A DNA stretch of 63,980 nt, the filler included, from Octopus bimaculoides (taxonomy: Eukaryota): assembly GCF_001194135.2 (NCBI RefSeq). It is 4 parts of 4 records of this genome, joined end to end, with 100 filler letters (N's around TTAATTAATTAA, not from the genome) between each part and the next. Parts side by side here need not be neighbours in the genome. Positions count along the whole stretch, not along the records: positions 10,636 to 35,988 come from NC_068995.1; 3 more parts are not named here. The stretch is one strand, 5' to 3'. The translations under genes were made by a program, and so were the position numbers. Under the pieces are notes generated by a model. The model ran no database searches and was not told the origin of the DNA. It saw only the letters and a list, made by a program, of their open reading frames with translations. Of this stretch, positions 11,662 to 22,361 are shown piece after piece (the first letter of the stretch is position 1; every line of letters begins with the position of its first letter).

Positions 11662-11876
11662 AAGGTGGCACGCTAGCAGAAACGTTAGCACGCCTGGCGA
11701 AATGCTTAGCAGCATTTTGTGTCTTTACGTTCTGAGTTCAAATTCCGCCGTGCTCGACTTTGCTTTTCATCTTTTCGGGCTCGATAAAATAAGTACCAGT
11801 TGAGCACTGGAGTCGGTTTAATCGACTTAACACCTTCTCCAATACTGTTGGCCTTTTGCTAAAATTTAAAACATTA
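11662..11876 (+). mobile_element. tRNA-derived SINE family A
   Basis: A-box-like head (TAGCAGAAACGTTAGC), B-box GAGTTCAAATTCC, central block CGACTTTGCTTTTCATCTTTTCGGGCTCGATAAAATAAGTACCAG. Confidence 0.88.
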
Positions 11877-11952
11877 TATGCTGCACGTGGTATTGCAGAG
11901 AGCATATAGTTATGTTACGGTGAATCTGTCTTATAATATAAACCAAGATATT

Positions 11953-12167
11953 GATTTCAAATTTTGGTACAATGACAGCGATTTCCGAGCTGTAGGTAAG
12001 TCGATTACATCGAGCACAGTACTAAACCAGTACTTAATTTATCGACCCCGAAAACATGACGAACAAAGTCGACCTCGACGGAATTTGAACTCGGAACGTG
12101 AAGACGAACGAAATGCTGCTAAGCATTTCGTCCGGCATGCTAACGATTTTGCCAGCTCTTTGCCTTA
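11953..12167 (-). mobile_element. SINE family A with 18-bp TSD
   Basis: Full-length reverse copy. Flanking direct repeat AATATAAACCAAGATATT (11935-11952) / AATATAAGCCAAGATATT (12168-12185), 1 mismatch. Confidence 0.9.
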
Positions 12168-13398
12168 AATATAAGCCAAGATATTTTTTAAAAATGTATT
12201 AAAATCGGATTTTCTTTGTTGTTCTATAAAGTAAAAACTTAAATATTGGAATTTTTAAACTCCCACTGGCATCTATAAGAAATGGTGATAATAATTTTGA
12301 TGGACATATTAATGTCCTTTGAGATTCAGGAATTGTTAACTTTCTAAAGAATCGCAGTTCTAGACAGACACATTGTGTCTTACAACTAGATTCGATGGTC
12401 GTGAAGAAAATAGTTTTGATGCTAAGTTTCCTGAATCAGATCTTACCTCGGACTGAACAACAATTTTTGTTTACTTTAATTCGTTGATCTGGCATCAAAT
12501 TTGTTAAAAATGCCCACAGAAGCAATAGATTCTTTGCGAATAAACTACTTTTACAGAATTTGACGAAAGCAACACAAGAAAGAGTCTTATTGGATTTTGA
12601 TAACCATTCACCGTTTCTGTTTTCTTTTCAAATGGCAGTTGTGGTGTTGAAAACAATACCACAAGAATTTAGGACATCCATGTCAATGCCTCGGGAATTA
12701 GGAACAAAATTATGTGACATTCGCAATAGTCAATTGATATTTATATCTTCAAGGATTCTTCAAACAGGGACTGCAACCGGAAATGCTGAACTACTCTAAG
12801 GGTAGATGCAGGAGTTAACATCATAGACCATAGAATTCTTGTGAAAAGTGGTATCTCCAGGTGTTAACTAAGTTGAACGACGTAACGATGGAAGAATGAC
12901 AGGGAAAACGGGTTGACTGATTCCATTGTTACTCGAATCAGAGAATATGGGATCGAGTAAACAAAAATGAATAAAGATTGAAAAGAATGCCAGTACAATA
13001 CACAGAAAGCTTCTGATAGGAGCTGTGGCAACAAAGTCATGCTCTAACTCCGAGAAATGCTATATTTAATAGAATATAGAGAGTTCCAAGCACAAGTTTG
13101 ATAGAAAAAACTCACATCTTCGAGTTTCCATCTCCTAAATCTCAGACACAAGTTTTTAGTCCGTTCAAAATTAAGGCAGAATACAGTAGGATTGAAACCA
13201 AAAAGAAAAACGTCGTTACGATGCGATTAGTTAATCCACGTAGTAATGCAAGCATCATTTATTTCAAGATGGAGCACATTTTTTTCAAGACCTGTCAACG
13301 CCGTCTGTGTCCTTAACAACGACGACGACAAACCACAACTAAGATGTCATCGACACCAAAACTTCAAGACACGGGAAAACTGAGAAGCTACGGAAGCC

Positions 13399-13449
<51 letters not shown>

Positions 13450-14549
13450 TAATTCTTTTCACTCTCACTTTGCGAGGCTTAATGATCGTCATTTGGAATT
13501 GCTGTAAGACTTCAGCTGAAGAGAACTAAACTCAACAATTATTCTGTTTACTTAAATTATATATATTTTTTCTTCCTTTAGATCTGTCTGTTTGTCTTTC
13601 ATTCTTTCTTTCTGTCATTATTCCTCTCTCTCTCNNNNNNNNNNNNNNNNNNNNNNNNNNNNNNNNNNNNNNNNNNNNNNNNNNNNNNNNNNNNNNNNNN
13701 NNNNNNNNNNNNNNNNNNNNNNNNNNNNNNNNNNNNNNNNNNNNNNNNNNNNNNNNNNNNNNNNNNNNNNNNNNNNNNNNNNNNNNNNNNNNNNNNNNNN
13801 NNNNNNNNNNNNNNNNNNNNNNNNNNNNNNNNNNNNNNNNNNNNNNNNNNNNNNNNNNNNNNNNNNNNATATATATATATATGTATATATATATGTATAT
13901 ATATATATATGTATATATATGTATGTATGTATGTATATATTCCACACGCACACAAATATACATACATATATATATATATATATATACATACACGCACGCA
14001 CACACATATTTATATATAGAGAGAGAAAGAGTTAAATAGACAGATAAGTAAACAAAAATGCAGAGAGAGAGAGAGATGTAGATTTAGAAGTACATATATA
14101 TGTGTCTCTGTGTATGTGTGTGAATGCATGTGTGTGTGTAGGTGTGTATTCATGTATGCATATATACCTACATGCAATGTATGTATGCATGTGTACCTGT
14201 AGATCATGATTCAAGTAAGGGAAGGATCAGAAGCTCAAGGCAAACCCTAATCTTTTGCTATGAAACAAAATTATTTTTGTTGCATAGTTACAGGTGTTGT
14301 TATATAGCACCTGGAACTACTCAAATACTTAGTGTGATTTCAGCTTAATTTGTTGAAGGAACAGAATGAATGACAGACGACAAAACTGTAGTATGAGGTG
14401 CGCCGAAATAAACGAACATTCCATTATAGCGTCAGTGCAACTCGTCATGGCTGGAGGGGGCGCTACAAATGGAATGTGGGAAAATTTTTATGATTTTCAG
14501 TCAATCGGTGATAAAAGAAATATCCTTCACATAGGACGCTATACATAAC

Positions 14550-15118
14550 ACGAAATGTTATGGGTATGAACTCAAGGAAAGAAAAAGATCGTTTCCTTTT
14601 TTATAGATGATCTGAAACTCTATGGAAAGAGGAAAACCAACTGCATTCACTGATTTAAACAGTGCATTGCTCTAGTGCAGACGTTAGAATGGAATTTGGT
14701 TTGAAAAAGTGTGGAGTGTTGATTCTAAATTAAGGTAAAGTCTAACACGTGGATGTTGTGAAGTAGCCCATGGGAGAGGTAATGAAGAGAACAAACGAGG
14801 AATGATACGAGTATCTGGATATATTGGATATTGGCAAATTGATGGAAAGCCAAATGAGAAAGGTATTCTCTCAGGAGTATTATAGAAGGCCGAGATTAAT
14901 TTCACTAAAGTGAATGAGAGGAAAAAGTTCCAAGCAATAAATTCATGGGAAATTTCTCGCTTAAGATATGGAGCAAAAGTGCTACGATGGTGCACAGAGG
15001 AACTGCAATCTTTAGATAAGAAAACAAGAAAATTGCTAGCAATATACAGAGCGTTTCACTTGATAGGTTACACTTTACGAGAAAGAAAGGAAAACGGAGA
15101 TTGATAAGTTGTGAGAAT
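14550..15118 (+). mobile_element. R4/Dong-clade reverse transcriptase fragment (decayed)
   Basis: Translation CYGYELK..FIDDLKLYGK/ENQLHSLI*TVHCSSADVRMEFGLKKCGVL..YEYL..KKFQAINSWEISRLRYGAKVLRWCTEELQSLDKKTRKLLAIYRAFH/LDRLHFTRKKGKRRLISCE. Contains the FxDDLKLY catalytic motif and the thumb motifs of R4-like RTs. Many stops and frameshifts. Confidence 0.87.
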
Positions 15119-15229
15119 TATATTATATTTCGGGATGGTCATTTTTTTTCTTGCCAAATAAACACACGCACTATATATTCGTTCTTCACTCGTTTATTAT
15201 TGTTCTTATTTTATCTTATGTTCATTTTT

Positions 15230-15275
15230 CTGGAAACATTTCGTCACACATCTGTGACCTCTTCAGCGACTCTTC
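15230..15275 (-). ncRNA. Decayed minimal hammerhead-ribozyme motif (PLE-type)
   Basis: Minus strand CUGAAGA-G-GUCACA(GAUG)UGUGAC-GAAA-UGUU. Core and 6-bp helix II are perfect. Helix III shows a C>T change relative to ACGU. Helix I is not evident. Confidence 0.5.
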
Positions 15276-15470
15276 CATCCACCTGCTTTCTTCTGTTCTA
15301 TTTAGTACATTCCCGGTTTATAAATACTGAGAAAGTATTACTTGTACAAGGAAGCTAGATCTATAACATACAGATAAGATGAAATACAAAATAAAGACAG
15401 AAAATGATACAGATCCAGATAAAAGATGGTCGTAATTAAAATTAAAAAAAGCGACCTGGAACCTGAAACA

Positions 15471-15676
15471 TGTTCCCCCACCACCATCACTTGACAACCG
15501 ATGTTGGTGTGTTTACGTTCCGGTAATTTAGCGGTTCGGCAAAAGAAACCGATAGAATAAGTACTAGGCTTACAAAGAATAAGTTCTGGGATCGATTTGT
15601 TCGACTAAAGGTGGTGCTCCAGCATGGCCGCAGTCAAATGACTGAAACAAATAAAAGAATAAAAGAATAAAAGAAT
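15471..15676 (+). mobile_element. 3' half of CORE-like SINE family C with (AAAAGAAT)n tail
   Basis: Shares TTGACAACCGATG.TGGTGTGTTTACGT..TTAGCGGTTCGGCAAAAGA with 52583-52860 (minus) and the tail GGTGCTCCAGCATGGCCGCAGTCAAATGACTGAAAC with 18330-18385. Confidence 0.8.
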
Positions 15677-15705
15677 ACATATGTTTGTCCTTATTCAATT
15701 TTATC

Positions 15706-15940
15706 AAGGCGGCGAGCTGGCAGAAACGTTAGCACTCCAGGCGAAATGCTTAGCGGTATTTCGTCTGCCACTGCGTTCTGAGTTCAAATTCCGCCGAGGT
15801 CGACTTTGCCTTTCATCCTTTCGGGGTCGATAAATTAAGTACCAGCTACGCACTGGGGTCGATATAATCGACTTAATCCGTTTGTCTGTCCTTGTTTGTC
15901 CCCTCTGTGTGTAGCCCCTTGTAGGCAGTAAAGAAATAGG
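15706..15940 (+). mobile_element. SINE family A, tail type i
   Basis: GGCGGCGAGCTGGCAGAAACGTTAGC head, B-box, central block, tail AATCCGTTTGTCTGTCCTTGTTTGTCCCCTCTGTGTGTAGCCCC. Confidence 0.92.
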
Positions 15941-16100
15941 TATTTCGTTCGTCTTTACGTTCTGAGTTCAAATTCCGCCTTTGCCTTTAATCCTTTTTCG
16001 GGGTTGATAAATTAAGTACCAGTTGCGTATTAGGGTCGATCTAATCGACTAGCCCCCTCTCCCAAAATTTTGAGCCTTGTGCCGAGAGTAGAAAATATTA
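15941..16100 (+). mobile_element. 5'-truncated SINE family A, tail type ii
   Basis: B-box and central block followed by CTAGCCCCCTCTCCCAAAATTTTGAGCCTTGTGCCGAGAGTAGAAAA. Confidence 0.85.
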
Positions 16101-17218
16101 TTCAGCTTTATTTCAAGGTTTCTTGCCAATGGAGAAAGAACCGGTTTCTAACCTAGTTCCAAGGCTCCTTCACTGAAATTACAACAGCAACAGAGTATCT
16201 TTGTATGTATGTATATATGAATGTATACATGCAGATTTGTGTTTTTGTTTTATGTATGTATATATGTATCTATGTATTATATATGTATGTATGTGTTTGT
16301 GGGTGGGGGCAATTTTTGATTGAGTCACGATATTTTTTCATTGAAAATTATCATTTAAAAAGTTTTTCAAAAGGTCAGATTACCAGAGACCTGCTGGAAG
16401 AGATCTGTTGAGCATGTCTAAAGAAGCGCAGCAGCACGTCCTATGCACACGAGACTAACAGGCTACTGGACCGACTTAAATTATATACATATGTGTGAGT
16501 GGGTATGNNNNNNNNNNNNNNNNNNNNNNNNNNNNNNNNNNNNNNNNNNNNNNNNNNNNNNNNNNNNNNNNNNNNNNNNNNNNNNNNNNNNNNNNNNNNN
16601 NNNNNNNNNNNNNNNNNNNNNNNNNNNNNNNNNNNNNNNNNNNNNNNNNNNNNNNNNNNNNNNNNNNNNNNNNNNNNNNNNNNNNNNNNNNNNNNNNNNN
16701 NNNNNNNNNNNNNNNNNNNNNNNNNNNNNNNNNNNNNNNNNNNNNNNNNNNNNNNNNNNNNNNNNNNNNNNNNNNNNNNNNNNNNNNNNNNNNNNNNNNN
16801 NNNNNNNNNNNNNNNNNNNNNNNNNNNNNNNNNNNNNNNNNNNNNNNNNNNNNNNNNNNNNNNNNNNNNNNNNNNNNNNNNNNNNNNNNNNNNNNNNNNN
16901 NNNNNNNNNNNNNNNNNNNNNNNNNNNNNNNNNNNNNNNNNNNNNNNNNNNNNNNNNNNNNNNNNNNNNNNNNNNNNNNNNNNNNNNNNNNNNNNNNNNN
17001 NNNNNNNNNNNNNNNNNNNNNNNNNNNNNNNNNNNNNNNNNNNNNNNNNNNNNNNNNNNNNNNNNNNNNNNNNNNNNNNNNNNNNNNNNNNNNNNNNNNN
17101 NNNNNNNNNNNNNNNNNNNNNNNNNNNNNNNNNNNNNNNNNNNNNNNNNNNNNNNNNNNNNNNNNNNNNNNNNNNNNNNNNNNNNNNNNNNNNNNNNNNN
17201 NNNNNNNNNNNNNNNNNN

Positions 17219-17262
<44 letters not shown>

Positions 17263-17797
17263 ACACACGCATACACACGCACACACAAACTCGAGTCTTT
17301 TACTCTCATGTTCAGCATTCTTACGCGCACACTCATACACACATGACGAAGTATCGCCAACTGTTAATGGAAATCAAAACAAGCAAACGGAAGCCTGTAG
17401 ATTATTGGCAGGCTAAATGTGGGGTCAAAACAAGATTTCGTTCTTATATTTGCTTCGGTGTTTTGACCCCTGGAGCTGACATGGAGCCTACACTACCTTA
17501 TTTACATTTGCTTTTCTACACAAATATGTCACGGGCGTATCAAATATACACACACGCACACATACGAACACATTCAAACGTACATGCATATGTGCACGTG
17601 TAGAAACATGTCTGGTCTGTGAGTGTCTGTGTTTGTGTGTCGGTGTACACTCACATGCATATATATAGATACTCACACACACACATATACACACATACAC
17701 ATATGGATGCTGTAATTTACTTTGAGGAAATTAATCAAACAGCAGAACCTGACAAATGCAGTATAGTATATGCGTGTGTGCAGAATGTGTGTATGTA

Positions 17798-18290
17798 CGA
17801 GGTGGTATCAAAAAGTTCCCGGACTAGTAATGTTTAAGAAAAAATAATTTATTTACCTAAGTTTTAAGTAAATAGGGTAAATAGACACCTTAGAAATAGA
17901 CACCTTGCGCAGCAATACACCGGTCCCAGCGTTCTTGCCACTTTTGGAATCCAGCCTTGAAGTCGTTTTCTGTAAGCGAGTCGAGGACCTTAAGCGAGTC
18001 GAGGACCTTAAGCGAGTCGAGGACCTTAAGCGAGTCGAGGACCGTAAGCCAGTCGAGGACCTTAAGCCAGTCGAGGACCTTCTATGCGATTCGCTCTCGA
18101 TCTCGTTTTAACACAACAGTGTTAAAACGGTGACCTTTGAGGTGTATTTTCATATTTGGGAAGAGATGGAAGTCTGCATGCGCTAAATCTGGCGAATAGG
18201 GTGGGTGCAGAAGCGAAAGCATGTTGTTTTTTGGGGGAGAAACTCATGAGAGAGAAGAGGTCTGTTACTGGATGCATTGTCGTCGTGAGA
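17798..18290 (-). mobile_element. Mariner (DD34D-type) 3' fragment with TIR
   Basis: TA followed by TIR CGAGGTGGTATCAAAAAGTTCCCGGACT. Minus translation HDDNASS..EFL/KNNMLSLLHPPYSPDLAHADFHLFPNMKIHLKGHRFNTV..(KVLDSL)n TENDFKAGFQKWQERWDRCIAAQGVYF. Confidence 0.9.
17973..18080. repeat. 18-bp minisatellite x6 (TAAGCGAGTCGAGGACCT) inside the mariner
   Basis: Six contiguous units counted directly; the last three are variant. Confidence 0.97.
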
Positions 18291-18329
18291 GATTTTATTA
18301 GAAGAATGCATCGATGAAGAGAAGTTCAC

Positions 18330-18385
18330 TAAAGGCGGTGCTCCAGCATGGCCGCAGTCAAATGACTGAAACGAGTAAAAGAGTT
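18330..18385 (+). mobile_element. SINE family C 3' tail fragment
   Basis: AAAGGCGGTGCTCCAGCATGGCCGCAGTCAAATGACTGAAACGAGTAAAAGAG matches 15608-15660. Confidence 0.8.
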
Positions 18386-18545
18386 GTTTGGTAATCCGTA
18401 ATTCCAATAGTATCCATTCGGATGAATGGAACAAAGTTTAGCGTAAAAACATATTAAAAACAGAAAAGGAGTTCAGTTCTATATTTAAGAGATGAAGAAT
18501 TATGTACACTATTTACATTATTTACATTATTTACATTATTTACAA

Positions 18546-18591
18546 GACACCTGAAGAAGGCTGGAGGGTATATCAGCCGAAACGTTGTGTT
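18546..18591 (+). ncRNA. Minimal type I hammerhead ribozyme in a PLE pseudo-LTR-like remnant
   Basis: GACAC-CUGAAGA-A-GGCUG(10 nt)CAGCC-GAA-AC|GU-U^GUGUU. Helix I 5 bp, helix II 5 bp, palindromic ACGU helix III, GUU triplet; predicted cut after 18586. Confidence 0.78.
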
Positions 18592-20604
18592 AACAACAAA
18601 CAAGATGAGGACAAATATCCGTCGAATGTAAATAATTTAAATAAAGAAAAGGAGTTATCTGGTGCTGCTACAATTCTTTCAGTAAGGCCTTATTTAGTAA
18701 TACTAGAGATACAGTAGGATAATAACTATCAATATAAAACTATATAAGACTGTACTTACATTTATGTAGCATATGCTCGAACCAATCATGCACGGCAAAA
18801 GTGTTGGACTTCAGATAAAAATTAAGTATACTGGAAATTGAAGGAATGATAATTGTGATTCCGGCCAATATCGAATTTTTATGGACATATCAGCCTTTCG
18901 GGAGGATTTTCATTGTTGCTACTTTTACAATCGTTCAGATTAATCCTCGGTGTTTTGGTTTTAAGAGGTTCAGTAAGATCCTCGAGGTTAAGTTGGTAGG
19001 CGATCCTATATTCTTCGGAGCTGATGTGATCCAGAGTAGATCTTGAAGTTATCTTACAATCTGAATGTAGTTCTTCTAGTTAAAAATCCTTCTCTATTAA
19101 TTCTTGCCTTCCAATACGTAATTTCATTACATCAAAATAATTGATCTCTTTAAATTTCGATATCTAATTAACATAAATTTATGAATTCATATCTTTTTTG
19201 ACACTGATCAATGCCTAAACTACGTTCATTATTCTAGTTTACACATTTATTTATTTATGTCAATACCATCTTGACAACTTTTTATATTAGATTTATCCTT
19301 TTCTGTTGCTATAGGTTATGATTGCTGGGACTGTGATTACGAATATCTCTATATATCAATTATTTTCTTTTGCTTTTCTTTTCTTTCTTTTTTCTTCCAT
19401 CCCTTCCGAAATTTCACAGAGACTGTCGCTATTGTGAGCGTTTTTCCTTAAGTTATTTTCCCTGGATTATAATTAGCTGGATCTCCCTTAATTAAAGCCA
19501 ATATTATATTAGTTCTGCTATAATTAATCGGTGCGCTTTAATCAACAGAGATTAAGTAAATGAAAGAGTAATGCTGGACTTTATTAACTCATTTGATGTA
19601 CTACGCAATATAACACAATAAATGTTTTTTCGTTAGAACAACGGCGGCAAATATTTTTAAATATGATTTGATAGGGCGAAATGTTATGCCTGGCACTTGC
19701 TATCTGCTGGTATACATGCCTCTTTTGCCAGTACAAGCCTTTATGAGTGAAGTCGCTAGGTTTTTTGATGACATCTTCAGAATTATTCTACAATTTACAA
19801 CCTCATTATACAATCCACTCTCAGGATTGACATATTTCAATACCATACACACACACACACTTTATGTTTCTTAAATCGAAATTTCACTTGTTGATGATCT
19901 GTCGATTAATCAGTATGTCACTGTTCGCTTGTATGTTTGGTCAACATTATTAGTTGAGATTTGTGTAACATATTACATATTCTTATGGGTGTTGCGCATA
20001 CTTGACAGTGCCATATTTACCTCACAATAAAGACTCATTTTTGTTGTTTTTATGGTACACTGAAAGTTCCATTTTTTTTTATATACATTTTGGCACTATT
20101 GGAGTTGCGAATTACCAAACAACAATAAGCTTCCCTTCATCGATGCGCTCCGAAGTATGGTAATGGATTAAATAACTCTCTAATTTGCGTCATTCTGTTT
20201 ACCTATTTAATTTCGGCGCACTTCATTTTGATAAGCCTCGATTCTTAATGGATTCCCTTGAATCAAATCTTTAAACACACTCACATACGCGCACACACAC
20301 ACACACACACATTCATGTATTGCAAATGAGATCCACAAGTAGCAATGTAACCCAGTGCCATCTGTTGCAAGGTAGATTCCTCGATGATTAAAGGCGGCAA
20401 TCCCACCAAACTTAATGGTTGATGAGGGTAATTTTTGGCCAACCTATGTCTAAAAAAAAAGGCAATACCAGTCGAAGAGTAGACAAATCTATGAGAGTTA
20501 ACAACGACTCTTTTATAAATGCGCCTGTTTGTATGTGTGTGTGCGCGCAATCATGTGTCTCTCTGTGTGTGCGCGTGTGTATGTGTGTGTGTGTTTGTGT
20601 GTGT

Positions 20605-20813
20605 TATTTCTTTATTGCCCACAAGGGGCTACACACAGAGGGGACAAACAAGGACAGACAAACGGATTAAGTCGATTATACCGACCTCAGTGCGTAACTG
20701 GTACTTATTTAATCGACCCTGAAAGGATGAAAGGCAAAGTCGAACTCGGCGGAATTTGAACTCAGAACGTAGCGGCAGACGAAATACCGCTAAGCATTTC
20801 GCCCGGCGTGCTA
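20605..20813 (-). mobile_element. SINE family A, tail type i
   Basis: Reverse complement of 15730-15940; the head runs into a 10-N gap. Confidence 0.92.
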
Positions 20814-20914
20814 NNNNNNNNNNAACAGGTGTCTCTCTGTGTGTGCACGTGTGTGTGTGTGCGCGTGTGTGTGTGTATGTGTGTGTTTACTTACATATGC
20901 ATAGAAAATGGACA

Positions 20915-20955
<41 letters not shown>

Positions 20956-20977
20956 GCACTCATGTATATATAGAAAG

Positions 20978-21021
<44 letters not shown>

Positions 21022-21497
21022 CATTCATGTATGTATATAAAGATATATTATATATATAGATAGATATATTATATGTGTATATATGTATGTATGTGTCTGT
21101 GTGTATACACATAGCACGCACGTATAGTTGAATAGATAAAGTGACAACGCAAAATTGTGAATCATTAGTAAGTTTGAGCTTAGGAGGTAAATGATATGTG
21201 ACAGGAGCCATTGTTATGCCTCGAGCAACACATTGTCATTTGTGGAATGAGTTGACAACTTATTCCTCTGATATTGTTATATACACATACGTATGGACAT
21301 GTACACATTTCCATAGAACTCAGTATACTTGTATTCCGTATCCTTATGCTTCAGAACGAAGTGTTAGTCGAGTACAGAGTGGTAATAAGAAAGTGAGATG
21401 AACGATTACCTTATAACCATCATTAGCTTACACCTGTTTCTACTATAAAATACAGTGGACTCGCATCTGAATGCCTGAATGATGCATATTCGTTTGC

Positions 21498-21578
21498 GGT
21501 TCCGATGAAGCTATAAGGTGTTACTCAGGCACTCAGCTATACGTGCACTGCATATTATAGTAGAAACAGCTGTAAGCT
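21498..21578 (+). ncRNA. Decayed type I hammerhead-like motif
   Basis: GGUU-CCGAUGA-A-GCUAUA(40 nt)UAUAGU-A-GAA-AC(AGCU)GU-A^AGCU. U4>C in the core; weak helix I. Confidence 0.4.
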
Positions 21579-21624
21579 ATTGAAGTTCATAAAATAATCG
21601 TTTATTCTTGAGTCATATCATTTT

Positions 21625-21665
<41 letters not shown>

Positions 21666-22239
21666 NNNNNNNNNNNNNNNNNNNNNNNNNNNNNNNNNNN
21701 NNNNNNNNNNNNNNNNNNNNNNNNNNNNNNNNNNNNNNNNNNNNNNNNNNNNNNNNNNNNNNNNNNNNNNNNNNNNNNNNNNNNNNNNNNNNNNNNNNNN
21801 NNNNNNNNNNNNNNNNNNNNNNNNNNNNNNNNNNNNNNNNNNNNNNNNNNNNNNNNNNNNNNNNNNNNNNNNNNNNNNNNNNNNNNNNNNNNNNNNNNNN
21901 NNNNNNNNNNNNNNNNNNNNNNNNNNNNNNNNNNNNNNNNNNNNNNNNNNNNNNNNNNNNNNNNNNNNNNNNNNNNNNNNNNNNNNNNNNNNNNNNNNNN
22001 NNNNNNNNNNNNNNNNNNNNNNNNNNNNNNNNNNNNNNNNNNNNNNNNNNNNNNNNNNNNNNNNNNNNNNNNNNNNNNNNNNNNNNNNNNNNNNNNNNNN
22101 NNNNNNNNNNNNNNNNNNNNNNNNNNNNNNNNNNNNNNNNNNNNNNNNNNNNNNNNNNNNNNNNNNNNNNNNNNNNNNNNNNNNNNNNNNNNNNNNNNNN
22201 NNNNNNNNNNNNNNNNNNNNNNNNNNNNNNNNNNNNNNN

Positions 22240-22288
<49 letters not shown>

Positions 22289-22361
22289 GTATAAATAAGG
22301 GCAAGAGTTCAATATTGACTATTCTATATGTACTCAATACACATGGAGTACTCAATACTGA

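Noticed and set aside
12690-12800. Helitron PIF1-like peptide (KLCD..LQTG..G)
   Set aside because: Only 4-5 scattered residues match, and the downstream helicase motifs (FAMTINKSQG) are absent.
16441-17603. Very long ORFs of 260-437 aa (also at 21608, 27032, 34040 and 61006)
   Set aside because: They exist only because N runs contain no stop codons.
17973-18080. CRISPR-like or regulatory array
   Set aside because: Units are contiguous with no spacers and lie within mariner coding sequence in a eukaryotic context.
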